From Zootoca vivipara (taxonomy: Eukaryota), in NCBI RefSeq assembly GCF_963506605.1, contig NC_083294.1:33108001-33172000 (forward strand): a DNA stretch of 64,000 nt. The letters run 5' to 3'. The notes beneath the pieces are model-generated. The model was not told the DNA's origin. It worked only from the letters and a program-made list of their open reading frames with translations, and did not search any database. The translations under genes and the position numbers were made by a program. Of this stretch, positions 11,920-25,400 are shown in pieces. Numbering within the stretch: the first letter of the stretch is position 1; the number at the start of each line of letters is the position of its first letter.

Positions 11920-12084
11920 CATGAACAGTGTCCGGAATGCACTTATATCTCCAAAGAATTCCTCAATGCTGACAGTTTTGGGATCGAAACAGAAGTAGTC
12001 CCCCAAATTGTCATATAACTTGGTCATGTTGTTGTGCATGTTAGATAACTTTTCATACTGCTCTCTAGCACTCTTCGCAAAGCT
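11920..12084 (-). CDS. DIAPH2: DIAPH2 internal coding exon, FH2 end (165 nt): [55 protein letters not shown]
   Basis: Part of ORF 11755..12090. Resembles recalled human DIAPH2 [55 protein letters not shown]. AC acceptor upstream; ATG|GTGAGT donor at 11919. Confidence 0.95.
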
Positions 12085-12104
12085 GTACACTTAAAGTTAA
12101 GGAA
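12085..12104 (-). promoter_or_regulatory. U12 branch point and AC acceptor (TTCCTTAACtttaagtgtAC)
   Basis: Exact U12 branch consensus, branch A about 12 nt from the 3' splice site, no polypyrimidine tract. Confidence 0.93.
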
Positions 12105-14501
12105 GTTCAAATAAAATCAGTAGCAAATCAGTTTAAAACAAGATTGCTTTATCACTTAAATGCATTCTTCCTAATTATTGAATTTGTTAATTGATGGCTT
12201 TATATAGAAACCATGCTTCACATATTCTAATATGCTTTAAGCACAATAAAATCCACCAGGCATTGTGTTTCACATGTGCCCAACAAAACTTTACTTTCTA
12301 TAGAACTGTTGATTGTATGGCATGGTACGCAGGTTGTGCTCCTTGAGTCTGGTCTTGACCAAAGTGTGAACACTGAACCTGCAAAGAATAAGGAAATAAC
12401 ACCACTTATAGAAACACATTTTCCCCATGAGATCAGCAGCAAGTCTTACCAGATTTATTTATTTAAAAGTGGTTATACTTATAACACAACAAGAAAACAA
12501 CACATAAGCCATGGTCAAAAAACAATGTAAAAGATTATCTGATTACAATGCAGAGAGAGAGAGATCCCACATAGTAATGTACAGATAATAGCAGCTATCT
12601 ACTGTCTTCTTCTTTTTGCCATTTTTCTTAGCTATCACAAGACATTAAAGGTGAATACATCTGGAACAAAAAGGCAGATGACCACCATTGGTTTAGAAGG
12701 TTCTTACATTTATCTATTCACACTTTGAAGTCAGGTGCAGGGAAACCACCAGAATAGGTTGCAGGAAAGCTTTTTTTTTTAACCATCAAAATGGTCAGAT
12801 ACAAATAGGACATACATAAATAAGAATTATGGACTTAATTGCCTCTAATCCTACAACACTGCAGCTCTATTTGCAGGCTATTTCAAACACAAGTAGGGAA
12901 CCCTAAAAATTGAGGTAGAGCAATTAAATGTATACTTAATCCTCCCAGCAGAATAAGTAGCTTACAATATTTTAGAAGTGGGGGTGTTAGCAATACAAAA
13001 ATTTGTTAAAACATGTGCTTTTTTCAGTGCTATTGGCTGAATATTACTGTGCCTTCCCATGCAGTGAAGTAAAATTAAACAAGGAATGGTTTGCATTGTT
13101 CCAAGTGCCACTATTCTGTTATAGCAAGCACACTGCAGCTTTTTATTAGCAACTGAAGAGGACTGGAAATCAACCTGAGATCTACTTAACCTTCACAACA
13201 ATTGCAGTTACAAATTGCATAATTGTTACCTAAAGCGGAAGGAAGCAATCCCACACAGAAGTTAGACTTTTAGAACAACGTGAAAGCAAATAAAGGTTAA
13301 CATTCTATTAAGAGAATAATTAAGGCATATTGCTCCCATTCTTGTTTCAAATTAAATAAATGCTTCATTAAAAGTTGTTGAAAATGTAGCTTTTCATTTT
13401 AACCAATGGCAGGATGAATGGTTGTGTTACAGTGGTGGGTTTGGCCTTGAACAAGCTGCTATTTGCAAGTGGCACACTGACTTTGGAAAGGTTTTCCATA
13501 TCAGGTGTAGCAGGTAACAACAGGGCTGCTCACTCAAGCATTTGACTAAAGGGTGTTTCTCACCTGGTTAACATAGTTGTGTCTATGTATATTGTTGATT
13601 TACTTAAGCTGTATTTAAATGAAATGTTCCTTTATTGTAATTTAATGTTGTATCTTATTCTGGGATTGCGTGAACAATGAATCAGTTAAATAAATTAAGT
13701 GTTCACTGCACACCAGTACCACATTTTCCGTATTTCTGCCAATGTTCTTCTAGCACACCAAATCTTTAAAAGTCAGGCCAATTTATATATCTTTCTGTCT
13801 ATAAAACTGCTGTTTAGATCTACACAACATAAAAACATCCAAATACAAAGCACACAGAAAGGGGATGCATGTATTTACACAAAGGTATGCACTCATATTT
13901 TAGACTCGACCTGTCAAAGTTTTGGCTTCTGTTTTAAACCTTTTTAAGAATGTAATCTTGATGTGCTGTAAATAGAGTGATAAACTATAGAGTCTTCCAG
14001 TGATATATTCTACTTACTATTTTTGGTAACTGATTTCTAATAAAAAATGAAGCAGCTCTTAAAATTGTGTTTGGGGTGGTGGGGCAATGGATCAAACATT
14101 CATAGTTCCTTTAACGTAAAGAATTATAGACAAACCATTGCAGAGAAAAATGGTAAAAAACACTTTTTAGAGTTGAAACTACAATAAGGTTTCAGACATT
14201 AAAGAGGGTTGGGACAAAATGAAGAGCAAATTATATATATCTGTGATCCAAAGAACTATGAACACAGCTCCAAGAGTCTAAGTGGGCTATGGACTTCTAT
14301 TTCCTTCAAAGAGCAGTTCTGCATCACACACACCCCATCATACCACAGGTTAACGTATTTTGAAACCCAGGAGCTTCAGAATCTGTCATGTAAGGTTGAT
14401 GGACAAAGACTAGAGATATCTTGATTCAAAAATCTGCTCAGCCACAAAACTTACTAAGCTTTTTGCTAAGTGCTTTTTGCCTTAACCTAACCTGATGCAT
14501 A

Positions 14502-14858
14502 GGGACGCGGGTGGCTCTGTGGGTTAAACCACTGAGCCTAGGGCTTGCTGATCAGAAGGTCGGCGGTTTGAATCCCTGCGACGGGGTGAGCTCCCGTTGC
14601 TCAGTCCCAGCTCCTGCCAACCTAGCAGTTTTAAAGCACGTCAAAGGGCAAGTAGATAAATAGGTACCACTACAACGGGAAGGTAAACGGTGTTTCCATG
14701 TGCTGCTCTGGTTTGCCAGAAGTGGCTTTGTCATGCTGGCCACATGACCCGGAAGCTGTATGCCGTCTCCCTCGGCCAATAACGTGAGATGAGCACGCAA
14801 CCCCAGAGTTGGTCACAACAGGACTAATGATCAGGGGTCCCTTTACTTTTACCTTTAC
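14502..14858 (+). mobile_element. Sauria SINE, full length
   Basis: GGGACGCGGGTGGC tRNA-like head, (ACCTTT)-type tail, TSD cctgatgcatag. Confidence 0.95.
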
Positions 14859-15350
14859 CCTGATGCATAGGATGGCTGATATGTTGAAGAAGTTTGGGAA
14901 TGATGGAGGAAACCATGTACACTGCTCTACACTGGGTAGAAAAAATAATAAACACAATTTTCTCAGTGGCTAAAAGTGTCAAAAAATCCATAAAACCTAT
15001 AACATAACACAAGATTTAGAAAACAAACAACCTTTAATGCAAGATACAGAAATGCATCTAAACTATGTAATAATGTTGTCTCTCTTGACTGCTAAGATGC
15101 AGGCAAGTGAGGTTTCTATTATTCAGCTGTCAAGGAACTCCCATTTCGAAATGTCGAGTGCCTACTGCGCATTTGTCTTTTCCCTGTGGAGGAACTGTAT
15201 GAGGGGATTTCACTTGCTCACTTTTATCAGACCTGCTTCCATCTTAAAGTGGTTGTCTTCTCCTCTTATTAGCAGAAAGTAAAAGCCAACAGGCAGGGAA
15301 ACAAGCAAAAAGGGGAAGCTGTGTAAAGGAACTGAGAGGAAGAAATTAAA

Positions 15351-15400
<50 letters not shown>

Positions 15401-15401
<1 letters not shown>

Positions 15402-15552
15402 CCAGTAGCACCTTAGAGATCAACTATGTTTGTTTGTGCATGCACATGAAAGTTCATACCAAGAACAAACTTAGTTGGTTTCTAAGGTGCTACTGGACAA
15501 TATTTTTCATTTTTAAAATATATTTCTACTACGGCAGACCAACACGGCTACC

Positions 15553-15553
<1 letters not shown>
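15401..15553. mobile_element. Penelope-like element terminal fragment inside an (ATT)n microsatellite
   Basis: Inverted repeat tccagtagcaccttagagatcaacta / tagttggtttctaaggtgctactgga, ending cagaccaacacggctacc. A related fragment lies at ~62258-62325. Confidence 0.75.
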
Positions 15554-15596
<43 letters not shown>

Positions 15597-15742
15597 TATA
15601 CAAGTTGGCTGTTGCATATGGATTTGTGCTAAATATCAGCCAGTCATATTACAATATGAAGAGAATTTGTTGCCAACAAATTTTGTTTTACAAAAGCGTG
15701 TCTGATCTGTGACTGCACCTGGGTGTCTGCTAAGAAGTAAAT

Positions 15743-16102
15743 TGTGACGTGGGTGGCACTATGGTCTAAACCACAGAGCCTAGGGCTTGCCGATTGGAAG
15801 GTTGGCGGTTAAAATCCCCGTGATGGGGTGAGCTCCCATTGTTCAGTCCCAGCTCCTGCCCACCTAGCAGTTCAAAAGCACGTCAAATGCAAGTAGATAA
15901 TAGGTACCGCTGCGGTGGGAAGGTAAACGGTGTTTCTGTGCGCTGCTCTGGTTCGCCAGAAGCGGCTTAGTCATGCTGGCCACATGACCCGGAAGCTGTC
16001 TGTGGACAGACGCCGGCTCCCTCGGCCTATAGAGCAAGATGAGCGCGACAAACCCAGAGTCGTCCGGGACTGGACCTAATGGTCAGGGGTACCTTTACCT
16101 TT
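15743..16102 (+). mobile_element. Sauria SINE, full length
   Basis: Same body as the 14502 copy; TSD taagaagtaaat. Confidence 0.95.
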
Positions 16103-19100
16103 TAAGAAGTAAATACTTCTCTTTTTAGAAGGCCTTTGGGCTGCAAAATCTTGCAGAGCATGGGTTTTTACATTATATAGGTGTACCTATTAAAAACAAA
16201 AATGTGATTCTGCTCTCATTGTTTCCTCTTTGTCACAACACTGAGCTAGTTTACTCAAATTCATACTTTTGGAGACTTTTAATAAATATTTTAAAAGTTA
16301 GCAAGCTGGTGGACGTTATTCCGGTTACTAAATTAAGTATGTGTAGAAAAGAGAGAAATGCTTTACAAAGCCTGCAAACAATGAAGATATGAATGGAATG
16401 ACGTGGCGAGGGAGGGATATCTTTCACAGCAGGCAGCATACCATTGTCAGCATAGAATATAAAGGACTAGGGAATAACCCGATGGAATAAATTGGCACTG
16501 ACACCGAAGTGAAGAGGGAAGTGACAAACGAACAGCTTCCAGAGAACAGCTGACATAACTAATTTAAAGGGAACATGTGAAAGAGTTTTCAAGTTTTCTC
16601 CTTCATACCACATACTTCATAATACGATATGGAAGCTGCTGTTTTCTGAAGATTTTTTTTTTAATAGTGCACACTGGTCCCAATATGAATTAAACAGACT
16701 TACAGAACAGCAGGAAGACTACATGGTGCTATTATTAAAGAAGGGAAGTGTCACTTTCCAATATGCATATCCAAATATTCTTATTGACTCTGGATAAACC
16801 ACCACTTACAAATCCATGAAAGCTCTGCAGACTTCTACCAGTTCGTTTTTGTAGCTCGGTGGAACAGAAAGGGAAAGAAAATGAAAAGGGCAGCTGGACA
16901 ACAACCTTCCTTTTGTGGGAGAAGGCAACAAATAAGGACATGCTTCTGAACAATAATTCTGCTCGAGGTGTAATTTGAAACATTTTATGTCTCAACTAAC
17001 ACCTGTGCTTTGTTAATTTCCTTCATTTTTTGCTGCATATTTGACAGTAAACACCACTATACAACTGGATGTTTATTAATCACTGTGTGCTGCCAGTGGT
17101 GGGAAAAGAAAGGAAGGGGTTGGAAGAGGTTTGCAACTCATGCAGAGCCACTTCTCAATGAAAGAACCCCAAACAATCATAGGGAACAAAGAACAACTTG
17201 CTATTTATAAATATAAAATACACTGCAGTAGCTAAGTAAAATAACACAAGTAAATGTTTCTCTTTAAAAACCAAGGTTTGCTATAGTAACAACAACATAA
17301 GCAACACAAACAAAAGATTGACCATTGACATGCATAGCATTATGATGAAATGAAGTGACCTCGCTATATAGTTCTTTCATTAACAAAAATACATGAATAT
17401 TCAGTAGGAAGAGTGGGAACAAAACAATTTGGTTTTCCTATGTCCTGTTCCTTGCAGAAATCACAAGGCAGATGTAGCACATATATGACATGTATAAATG
17501 TTTTATGTGCTTCTCACAGTTTACCACAACCCTTTTTCAATGATGTCATCCATTAATTCCAGATTGTGAAGCTTAGTAATCACCAGCAACTCTTACCGAT
17601 AATCCCTCTCAACAAATTGTTAATTCATACAACTGTACAATCTAATTGGCTCCTAGCTTAATGCAGTTGTCATTTGAGGTGCTTGCGGCAAGCACAAATT
17701 ACTGTCTTGAATGCCAGAATATCATTTTAAAACAAATAGGCAAGCCTTGTCAAACCTTGACCCTAACAGTCGAATCATTTGTGAATGATGACTTCGAAGA
17801 AAGCACTACTTAATTTGAAGCGAGTTTCTCCAAATTAAGTATGGACAGGAGCATAGCCTAAACCATGTTAAACAGGACATGTTGATACACTGATATACAG
17901 AACTGAACTGGCCACAGCAGTAATATAAACAGAGGCAAATAAAATAAACCTTGGACAGAATTTTTTTACCTAAAGTTAGACTTTTAACCTAAGCAGATTT
18001 CATTAGAAATTACTTTCAAAGCAACTGACACTAACTTTGGAAGCAACTTTCCTCACATATGGCTCACTAAGCTGTGGCACATAAGACTCCATGCCAAAAA
18101 AGGAAATAACAAATGAATTAACTAGTAAGCTCATGGGAAACACTCTGATATTGGAACTGCATTTGGTCTTAGCCAAAAGGCTGAGTAATAGTAATTTAAT
18201 GTTTGACACTCCAAAAAGTTTAACTGAGTGTGTTTAATGAAGGCACACTGAAAATTTGTGTATCTCTCACTTCATAAATATCTGACCTTTTCTGGCCTTG
18301 CTGTAAAGCCTGGTTTACACAATTAGTAAATACATTAACACAAATACATTTACCCATTTTAAATCTTAATGAGCAATGGTAAAATATATTTGTGAACCCT
18401 GGTTTGTGCAAGAAGATTCAATAACTGAGAAAGATCAACTAAGAAACAAAGCAAACTTTGACATTTGGGTTACTCCTAATGTAGCATCTAAAAAGTGATT
18501 CACAAAACTTCAGCTGCATTGGTTCCTGATTTCACTGTGGATGATATCTATGAGTATACACTTCACATGATTTGTTACAACATTGTTATGCATGTTGAAA
18601 CTGGCTCTCACAAATACTTAATTAAGAAAACTGACTGCAGTGGAAGGCACCAATTACACCACTTTTTCTGTCAGAAAGTGTTTTTCTGAAATCAAATAAT
18701 TCTTTACATGTTATCATGAAGATTCTACAAGAGCAGTAAACTAAGCTTGGTGAGAGAGAAAATGGCATTCATTTAATGATCACATTGCACTGGTGTAAAT
18801 CAGTCATGAAGGTAGAACGTGTTTCAATTTTTCTCTAAGAGGGCATAATCAAGAGTTTATTCATCTTACAATAAACATGAAGTTTGTTTGGAACGAGTTC
18901 AGCAACTCAGTCACACCAATATAATCAGACCCCGTTTCCTCTCCCCTCCCACCCCTCTCTCCACTCCATGGGAAGATGAACATAGAGAGTAACAGGGTGG
19001 TATGTTAAATATCATGTATTCTGGCACTTCTTTGCTTATGCTAAGCACCTGTTTAGTTTAGTTACAATTCTCAAGACTAGGTTCTATTAGCTCAACTTGT

Positions 19101-19560
19101 GTAGTATGGCAAGTCTGGATTGGCACTGCTATTATTCCTAGAGATCCAAAGCAGCTCAAAAGATTGAAAAACTGCAACAAATTGGGAGATGAAACCACAC
19201 AAAAAACTGCCAGCATAGAGGAAATGGGGAGGAGGGGGAGAGATGAATGAACATGCTGAAACACACGCACACAATTTTAAAATATTGAACACAAAAAGGG
19301 AGACAGCCCTTTCCAAAAAAGGGAAGTCCTCCCATACAAAAAACCCACTTTTTCCTTTGAAGGAAAAAAGGAGGAGGAAAACAACAGAAAGAAAATATAT
19401 GAGCTGATCTAGAAGCAGGCAGGATCTTTCACAGGTGAGGAGAAGGCATCATGCCAGTTGAATCATGACAACAGGCCCTCTTTTATTTCTGCCAGGAATG
19501 TGCACCACCATCTTTATTACAGGACTCTTCTGATCAATTACTGTCAAATTCAAAATCTCC

Positions 19561-19870
19561 TAAATAAATAAATAAATAAATAAATATACTCCACCCATCT
19601 GACTAGGTTGCCTAAGCTACTCTGGGTGGCTTCCAATATACAAAGCACAACAGAACATCACACATTAAAAGTTTCTTGATACAGGGCTGCCTTCAGATGC
19701 CTATGGAAGGTTGTATAATTATTTATTCCTTTGACATTTGGTGGGAGGGTGTTTGCTTGGTTCCCTGTAACTTCATACCTCACAATATGGCCCTCGGAGC
19801 TGGACCTCAGTGTCTGGGTTAATGATTGGGGTGGAGATGCTTCTTCAAGTATAAAGGGCTGAAGGTGTTT
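19561..19870 (-). mobile_element. older L2 3' fragment
   Basis: Diverged match to 6940-7290 with an (AAAT)n tail. Confidence 0.8.
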
Positions 19871-20644
19871 ACAATTTTATTCATGTATCCAAAAGCATAG
19901 AAATAGTTAGGGCTTCTGTGCCGTACCGTCTACGTTTGAGAAAGAAGTATAGACTCTCTCCTTGTTAAGTATGACAACTTAACACAAATCAGACTGTACA
20001 TCTGAAATGGGGAGCCTCTACATGTTGTTAAGCTTTAACAGTCAACAGCCAGCAGCACCAGCCAGTATGACCAATAGCCAGGACTGCTGGAAGCTGAAGT
20101 CCAACAACATCTGAAACATCATCACAGGTCCCTTGTTCCTGATACACATCTAAATAATTACTGAAAATGTAAAAGAAAATATTTTAAACAGTTGGTGTCT
20201 GCTGCCACATCAAAATGTATAATTTAGTTAGAGTACAAAGATGTACTCCATCCACGATTCAGCTAGTTCCTTTAAATATTTCAAAGAGCTTGGGTGAACC
20301 CCAAAGGAATCTGATGGTGGGATCTACTTTCAGCTGTCATCCCAATCATGGTTGGGATTCTTTTTGCAGCTTAATCCTTTAAAGAAGAATCACAAGCTAA
20401 GAAGGGTCAATGTGATGGCTGAAGTGCACTGGTACAGACATTTGGTACATAATGTAGACTGAATGTAATAGATTGCCAGATAAGTGGTGGATTGAAAGCA
20501 AATTCTGACATTATAAAAACTCCATGATATCTGCTGACATACTCTAGCAAAAATGCATTATAAGTAGCTACGCCACAGAATGCTCACACTGTCACTTCAC
20601 AGTGGGATTCTTTTCCTTTGGGACTAAAGTTATTTTACTATATA

Positions 20645-20725
20645 CCATATTTTTCCATGTATAAGACTAGGTTTCTTTCCTAAAAATAATGTAAAAAAAA
20701 AATAGGGGTGTCTTACACATGGATA
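20645..20725. mobile_element. Tc2-like MITE end fragment
   Basis: TA|CCATATTTTTCCATGTATAAGAC...GGGGTGTCTTACAC. Confidence 0.55.
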
Positions 20726-21897
20726 GTGCCAAGGATAGACTGGTGATTGGTTGTTGCCACAGAAGCAGAATTCTGTGTAAGGCAGAAAAAAGGGGTAATA
20801 AAAGATACCATGGTGTCTGGAGCAAATATGTGCAATCTGACTGTTATCCATGTTCTCTTTCCCTTTTTTCATATAAGGTTGAACAAGATTTTGAATATTA
20901 CAAGATGGACAAATTATGCATATTTAATTCCACCCACCTATAACAGGGAGCAAGATTGAAAAAGAAGTCAGAAGAGTTTAAACACGTACAGTTAAACAAT
21001 GAATTACATCTCCAATATTTGAAGTTAAAAAGTAAGAACTGTATGAAACACTCTAATTTAAGAGCCTGGTGACCTTTTGGTACCAAGATATGAAAGAATA
21101 AAGATTGGAAATGAAAACGTGGGTTTTGTTTCTTTTAGAAATAATTTTTCATCTCTGGAAAGTATAATATGGTAATTCATCATCATTCAAAGAAATAAAA
21201 AATACACTACAATTTAAGCACTTGTGATTTGCAGAGTTCATGCTATAAATGCTTTGGCCCTATCTTGGCAAAGAAACATTTTGTTTGATTCTTCCTTCAA
21301 GGATTTTCAGAAGAACCTTGTATAAAACATATCTACACTGGAAAATATACATATTTCCAATACTGCAGATAATAAAGCCTTTGTGGGAAGCATTCTATTA
21401 TTTTTTCTTCTGAATATATACCGTACATCTTTGCATTCTTTATTCTCTACAGTAGACTCAAGTAAAGGCTATAACTAACAGGCAGTACTCATGGTTTGCA
21501 TTTATGAAACCACACAATTTCTATTTAATGAAAAACTCTTCTCTATTAATATTGCCAGGATGGTTGCATTGAGTCATTGACAAAATTTGGGTGAGACAGA
21601 AACATTTCAAATAAGAAAACTATGACTACTGCTCTGTCTTTGTATAAGCAAGTTTGCTACGGCTCTACTTCCTATGAGCATTCATATGTGTTCAAAATAA
21701 GAGACAGGTAGATCAAAGTTTGCATTTATACAAACCAAAATTAAACAAGTTAAGAAGAACCTTGCTGGATCAGGTCAGAGGCCCATCTAGTTCAGCACCA
21801 TGTTTTCATAGTGGCCTACAATATTCCTATGGGAAGCCTGAACACTGGACCCAAGGGCAACAGCATTCTCCACTTGTATGATTTCTAGCAACTAGTA

Positions 21898-22219
21898 CAG
21901 TGGTACCTCGGTTTACAATCACAGTTGGTTCCGGAAGTCTGTACTTAACCTGAAGCGTACTTAACCTGAAGCGAACTTTCCCATTGAAAGTAATGGAAAG
22001 TGGATTAATCCGTTCCAGACGGGTCCGTGGAGTACTCAACCTGAAGTGTACTTAACCCAAAGTATGAGTGTAATTGGTTCTGGAAGTCTGTACTTAAACT
22101 GAAGCGTACTTAACCTGAAGCAAACTTTCCCATTGAAAGTAATGGAAAGTGAATTAATCCATTCCAGATGGGTCCACAGTGGTTGTAAACCGGGGCGGTT
22201 GTAAACCGAGGTATGACTG
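21898..22219. mobile_element. pogo/Tigger-like MITE nested in a CR1-like fragment (~21750-22270)
   Basis: TA|CAGTGGTACCTCGGTTTAC...GTAAACCGAGGTATGACTG|TA; internal dimer. Confidence 0.88.
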
Positions 22220-23054
22220 TATTCATACACATATTATCTCTGATACAGTACTGAAAGCAGCATTCTACCACAATTTTTCTCCATGGCAGCAAATAATTTA
22301 CCAAACACAAAATATGGTAAGAAAAATGGAACTCTGGTGTACTTTCCCTGGACAGTAGATTAGAAAAAAAACAAAAAAAAACCTGCCACAATATATAGAG
22401 AAAACTTCATCAGTAGAACAAATAAATAAAATGCTTATTTATGATACAGCATGAAACTTAATATTGTGTTCTGCTTTCACATTAATTAAACATGACTATT
22501 TGGATAACACTTAAAACATGTCACAAATTGCTTACTAAAAATGATGAGAATCTGGCACAAATGCCAAGCAATCTGGGAACAGGACCCAATGGCATTTTCA
22601 ACCAGTGCCCTTGTCAATCAAACTCTAAACCTGAGGGCAATTTTCTCATCCTGATAGACTTGGTTCCCTCCCTTTTTCAGTTTTAAAATATTTTTTTTAA
22701 AAAAATATTATTTATTGTATTTACTTTATAAAATTTATACATTGCTTGATTGTAAAAAGCCTCAATGTGGTTCACAGAAAGATAAAACAATAAAATCAAG
22801 AAGAAAAAAACATGTAACCATGCTTTAAAAGAAATAGGTTCTGAGTCAATAGTTTTCACAGCCACCACTTTGGGCCCACAATTTGACAAGTGGAAAAATT
22901 ATCTGAAACATCAAATCCCTACCAGCCCTCTATCCCAACAGTGAATGAATGCCAATAGGTTACAGCCAAACTCTTAATGTTAACATTTCTCTACTCATCT
23001 TATGCTCAGGTCTATGCTCTGATAAACTCTATATTTTGAGTTGCTTCTGAAGAT

Positions 23055-23230
23055 GATATGGAAACTTCAGCTGGTGCAGAATTCAACAGCCAGGTTGCTC
23101 ACTGGGGCAAAACAGTTGAGCATACAACACCAATTCTCACTTCACTGCACTGGCTTCCAACTAGCTTCCAGGCCCAATTCAAAGTGCTGGTTTTGACCTA
23201 TGAAGCCTTAAACAGCTCAGGACCACAATA
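23055..23230 (+). mobile_element. L2 ORF2 C-terminal fragment
   Basis: HTTPILTSLHWLP..FKVLVLTYEALN. Confidence 0.8.
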
Positions 23231-23472
23231 CAGTCGTACCTTGGAAGTCGAACGGAATCCGTTCCAGAAGTCCGTTCAACTTCCAAAATGTTTGAAAACC
23301 AAATTGTGGCTTCTGATTGTCTGCAGGAAGCTCCTGTAGCCAATCAGAAGCCGCGGAAGCCCCGTGGACGTTCAGTTTGCAAAAGAGCGTTCGCAAACTG
23401 GAACAATTATTTCCAGGTTTGCGGCGTTCGGAAGCCAAAATATCTGAGTTCCAGGGCATTTGGGATCCAAGG
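23231..23472. mobile_element. pogo/Tigger-like MITE, right end truncated
   Basis: TA|CAGTCGTACCTTGGAAGTCGAACGGAATCCGTTCC; related to the 31036 copy. Confidence 0.75.
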
Positions 23473-24889
23473 AAAGGTGATAAATTAGAACTTTTAAGGA
23501 ATACTAATAGGAAACCCTAAATCTCAATGATTCCTTTGAATTAAGCCATGTCCAAAATCCTGTGAACTAGGTGCCCTTTTCACCTTACTCAGCACCACCA
23601 GCTCTACAGCAGATGCACTGCAGAATCTTTGCCCTGAACACCATATTGGACAAATGTTTAGCTAATGTTTTTACCATCAAGACTCTAGCAGAGTAATTCC
23701 ATTTTGCAGCACACAAATGCTTCATATGAACAGATTTTCATGGAAACCCTTGTGTATTCACGTAACCATAAACTCAAACAAATGGGCAAGATATAGTTTT
23801 AATAATATGAAGCAATGTCAGAAATAACATCCACTACTAAGACACAATCAGACCAAACTATTTTGTGTTAGATTAAGACACTCTTAAGTGAAGGCAACTG
23901 CTGTTTTTCTCATCTCCCTACTCATATTATAATACCCTCAATAAACTAAAAAGGCATGCAAATAATTTGGACTATTAATTATAATTTGAATGCAGCTACT
24001 TAAATCATCCTAGAAAGTGGTCAGAGTGGCATTCAGTTTACATAGAGTAAAGGTTCAAATGACCCAATTTACTATGAAGGTGGCTTGATCTTGAGTTTTT
24101 TAAAAGTTGTCTGTTTCTACTATAGCTGTCTCAGTAGCTTATTAGAAATCAGAAGAACAAAATTAGTGTAAAAAGTGCACAGAAAAACCACACTTTCAGT
24201 GTCTCAACCAACTGACCCCTCCTACCTCTAAAGACTGTTCTGTTGGCGAAAGTGGCTTTTGAAAACAGCAAAAAAAAAAAAAGAGAAAAGGTTTACTATG
24301 AGTTGAAAAAACACTTTTTCAAAACTTTCTTTAGAGGTAAATAGTATCTAAAAGTAGCCATTAATTTTAATGAGAATAGCTTTGTTTTAATTTAATTGCA
24401 GAAAATGCTTTATCTGCACTTTAGGACATAATGTAAAATGCAATAAAGTCATTAATTATGAAAACTAGAATAATCTTAAGGAAGAAGCTAGTCTTACTTT
24501 TAGAGTTTTTTTCATTTAAAGGTGCACTATATAAAAATGTAAAACATTATCCCACTTAGAACAGGGTTAATAAAATTAAAACACTTAATCATTAATTAAT
24601 TTCATACCTTTTAACTTACAAAAATATTATAGGTGTATCTGCAAAGTGGTCATAGCTGTATTTGAATCGGCAAAAGGCCTTAAATCTACTCGTCATCTCA
24701 GCTTCTTAGGTAATGAAAGAGCAATCTGCTGGAAATTTATGAGACTTCACAAAGTCCAAAAGGCTCTGTGTTGCCTTATTTGTTGTAACATGCTCGACAG
24801 CTTATTTTAAAGAGAGAGAAAACTTATAACCTACCTTTCATTGTACATGCAAATGTTATTGATTAAACAACATTGTATGCTTGTTTCAA

Positions 24890-25400
24890 GACTTAACACC
24901 CAAGGAGAGAAGTATCAAGTTCACAAATATTACCTGTTTGGTATGGGGACAAATAGAAAAAGACGGCTTCACCCCAGTATGGTTCCCCTTTATCACATAC
25001 ACAGCCCAACAAGACAATGACAAAAATCCACCAACAGCATACGAATCAATATGGTTAACCTGACCCAAAACACTCACCCACCCCACTCACACACAAAACA
25101 AAGACCACCACAGCCAACCCCAAAGGAACAACCATATCCTAGGCCAACCCCAACATCACTGACCATCAAAGGAACACAAGTGAACAACAGAGAACCTACA
25201 CAAGCGACGCTGACAAAAAAAACCCCACACTTATTCAGCAAAATCGAAACATTGTCACCCAACCCCACCCCTCCCCTCCCCCCATCTACTTTCCTTCCCC
25301 TCTCCTCACCAATGCCTCGGCAAATGAAACTGACTTGTAAAAATGCAAAGAGAGACATTGCACATATCTTTGTAAACCAAGAAAACCCTTAAAAAAAATT
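24890..25400 (+). mobile_element. L1-clade 3' end
   Basis: ORF2 C-terminal-like F..VWFPFITY, then a C/A-rich UTR and A tail. Confidence 0.6.

Noticed and set aside
17780-17900. C/D-box snoRNA-like ATGATGA...CTGA (also at ~46150)
   Set aside because: Antisense to the host gene, weak terminal stem, no recognisable guide sequence.
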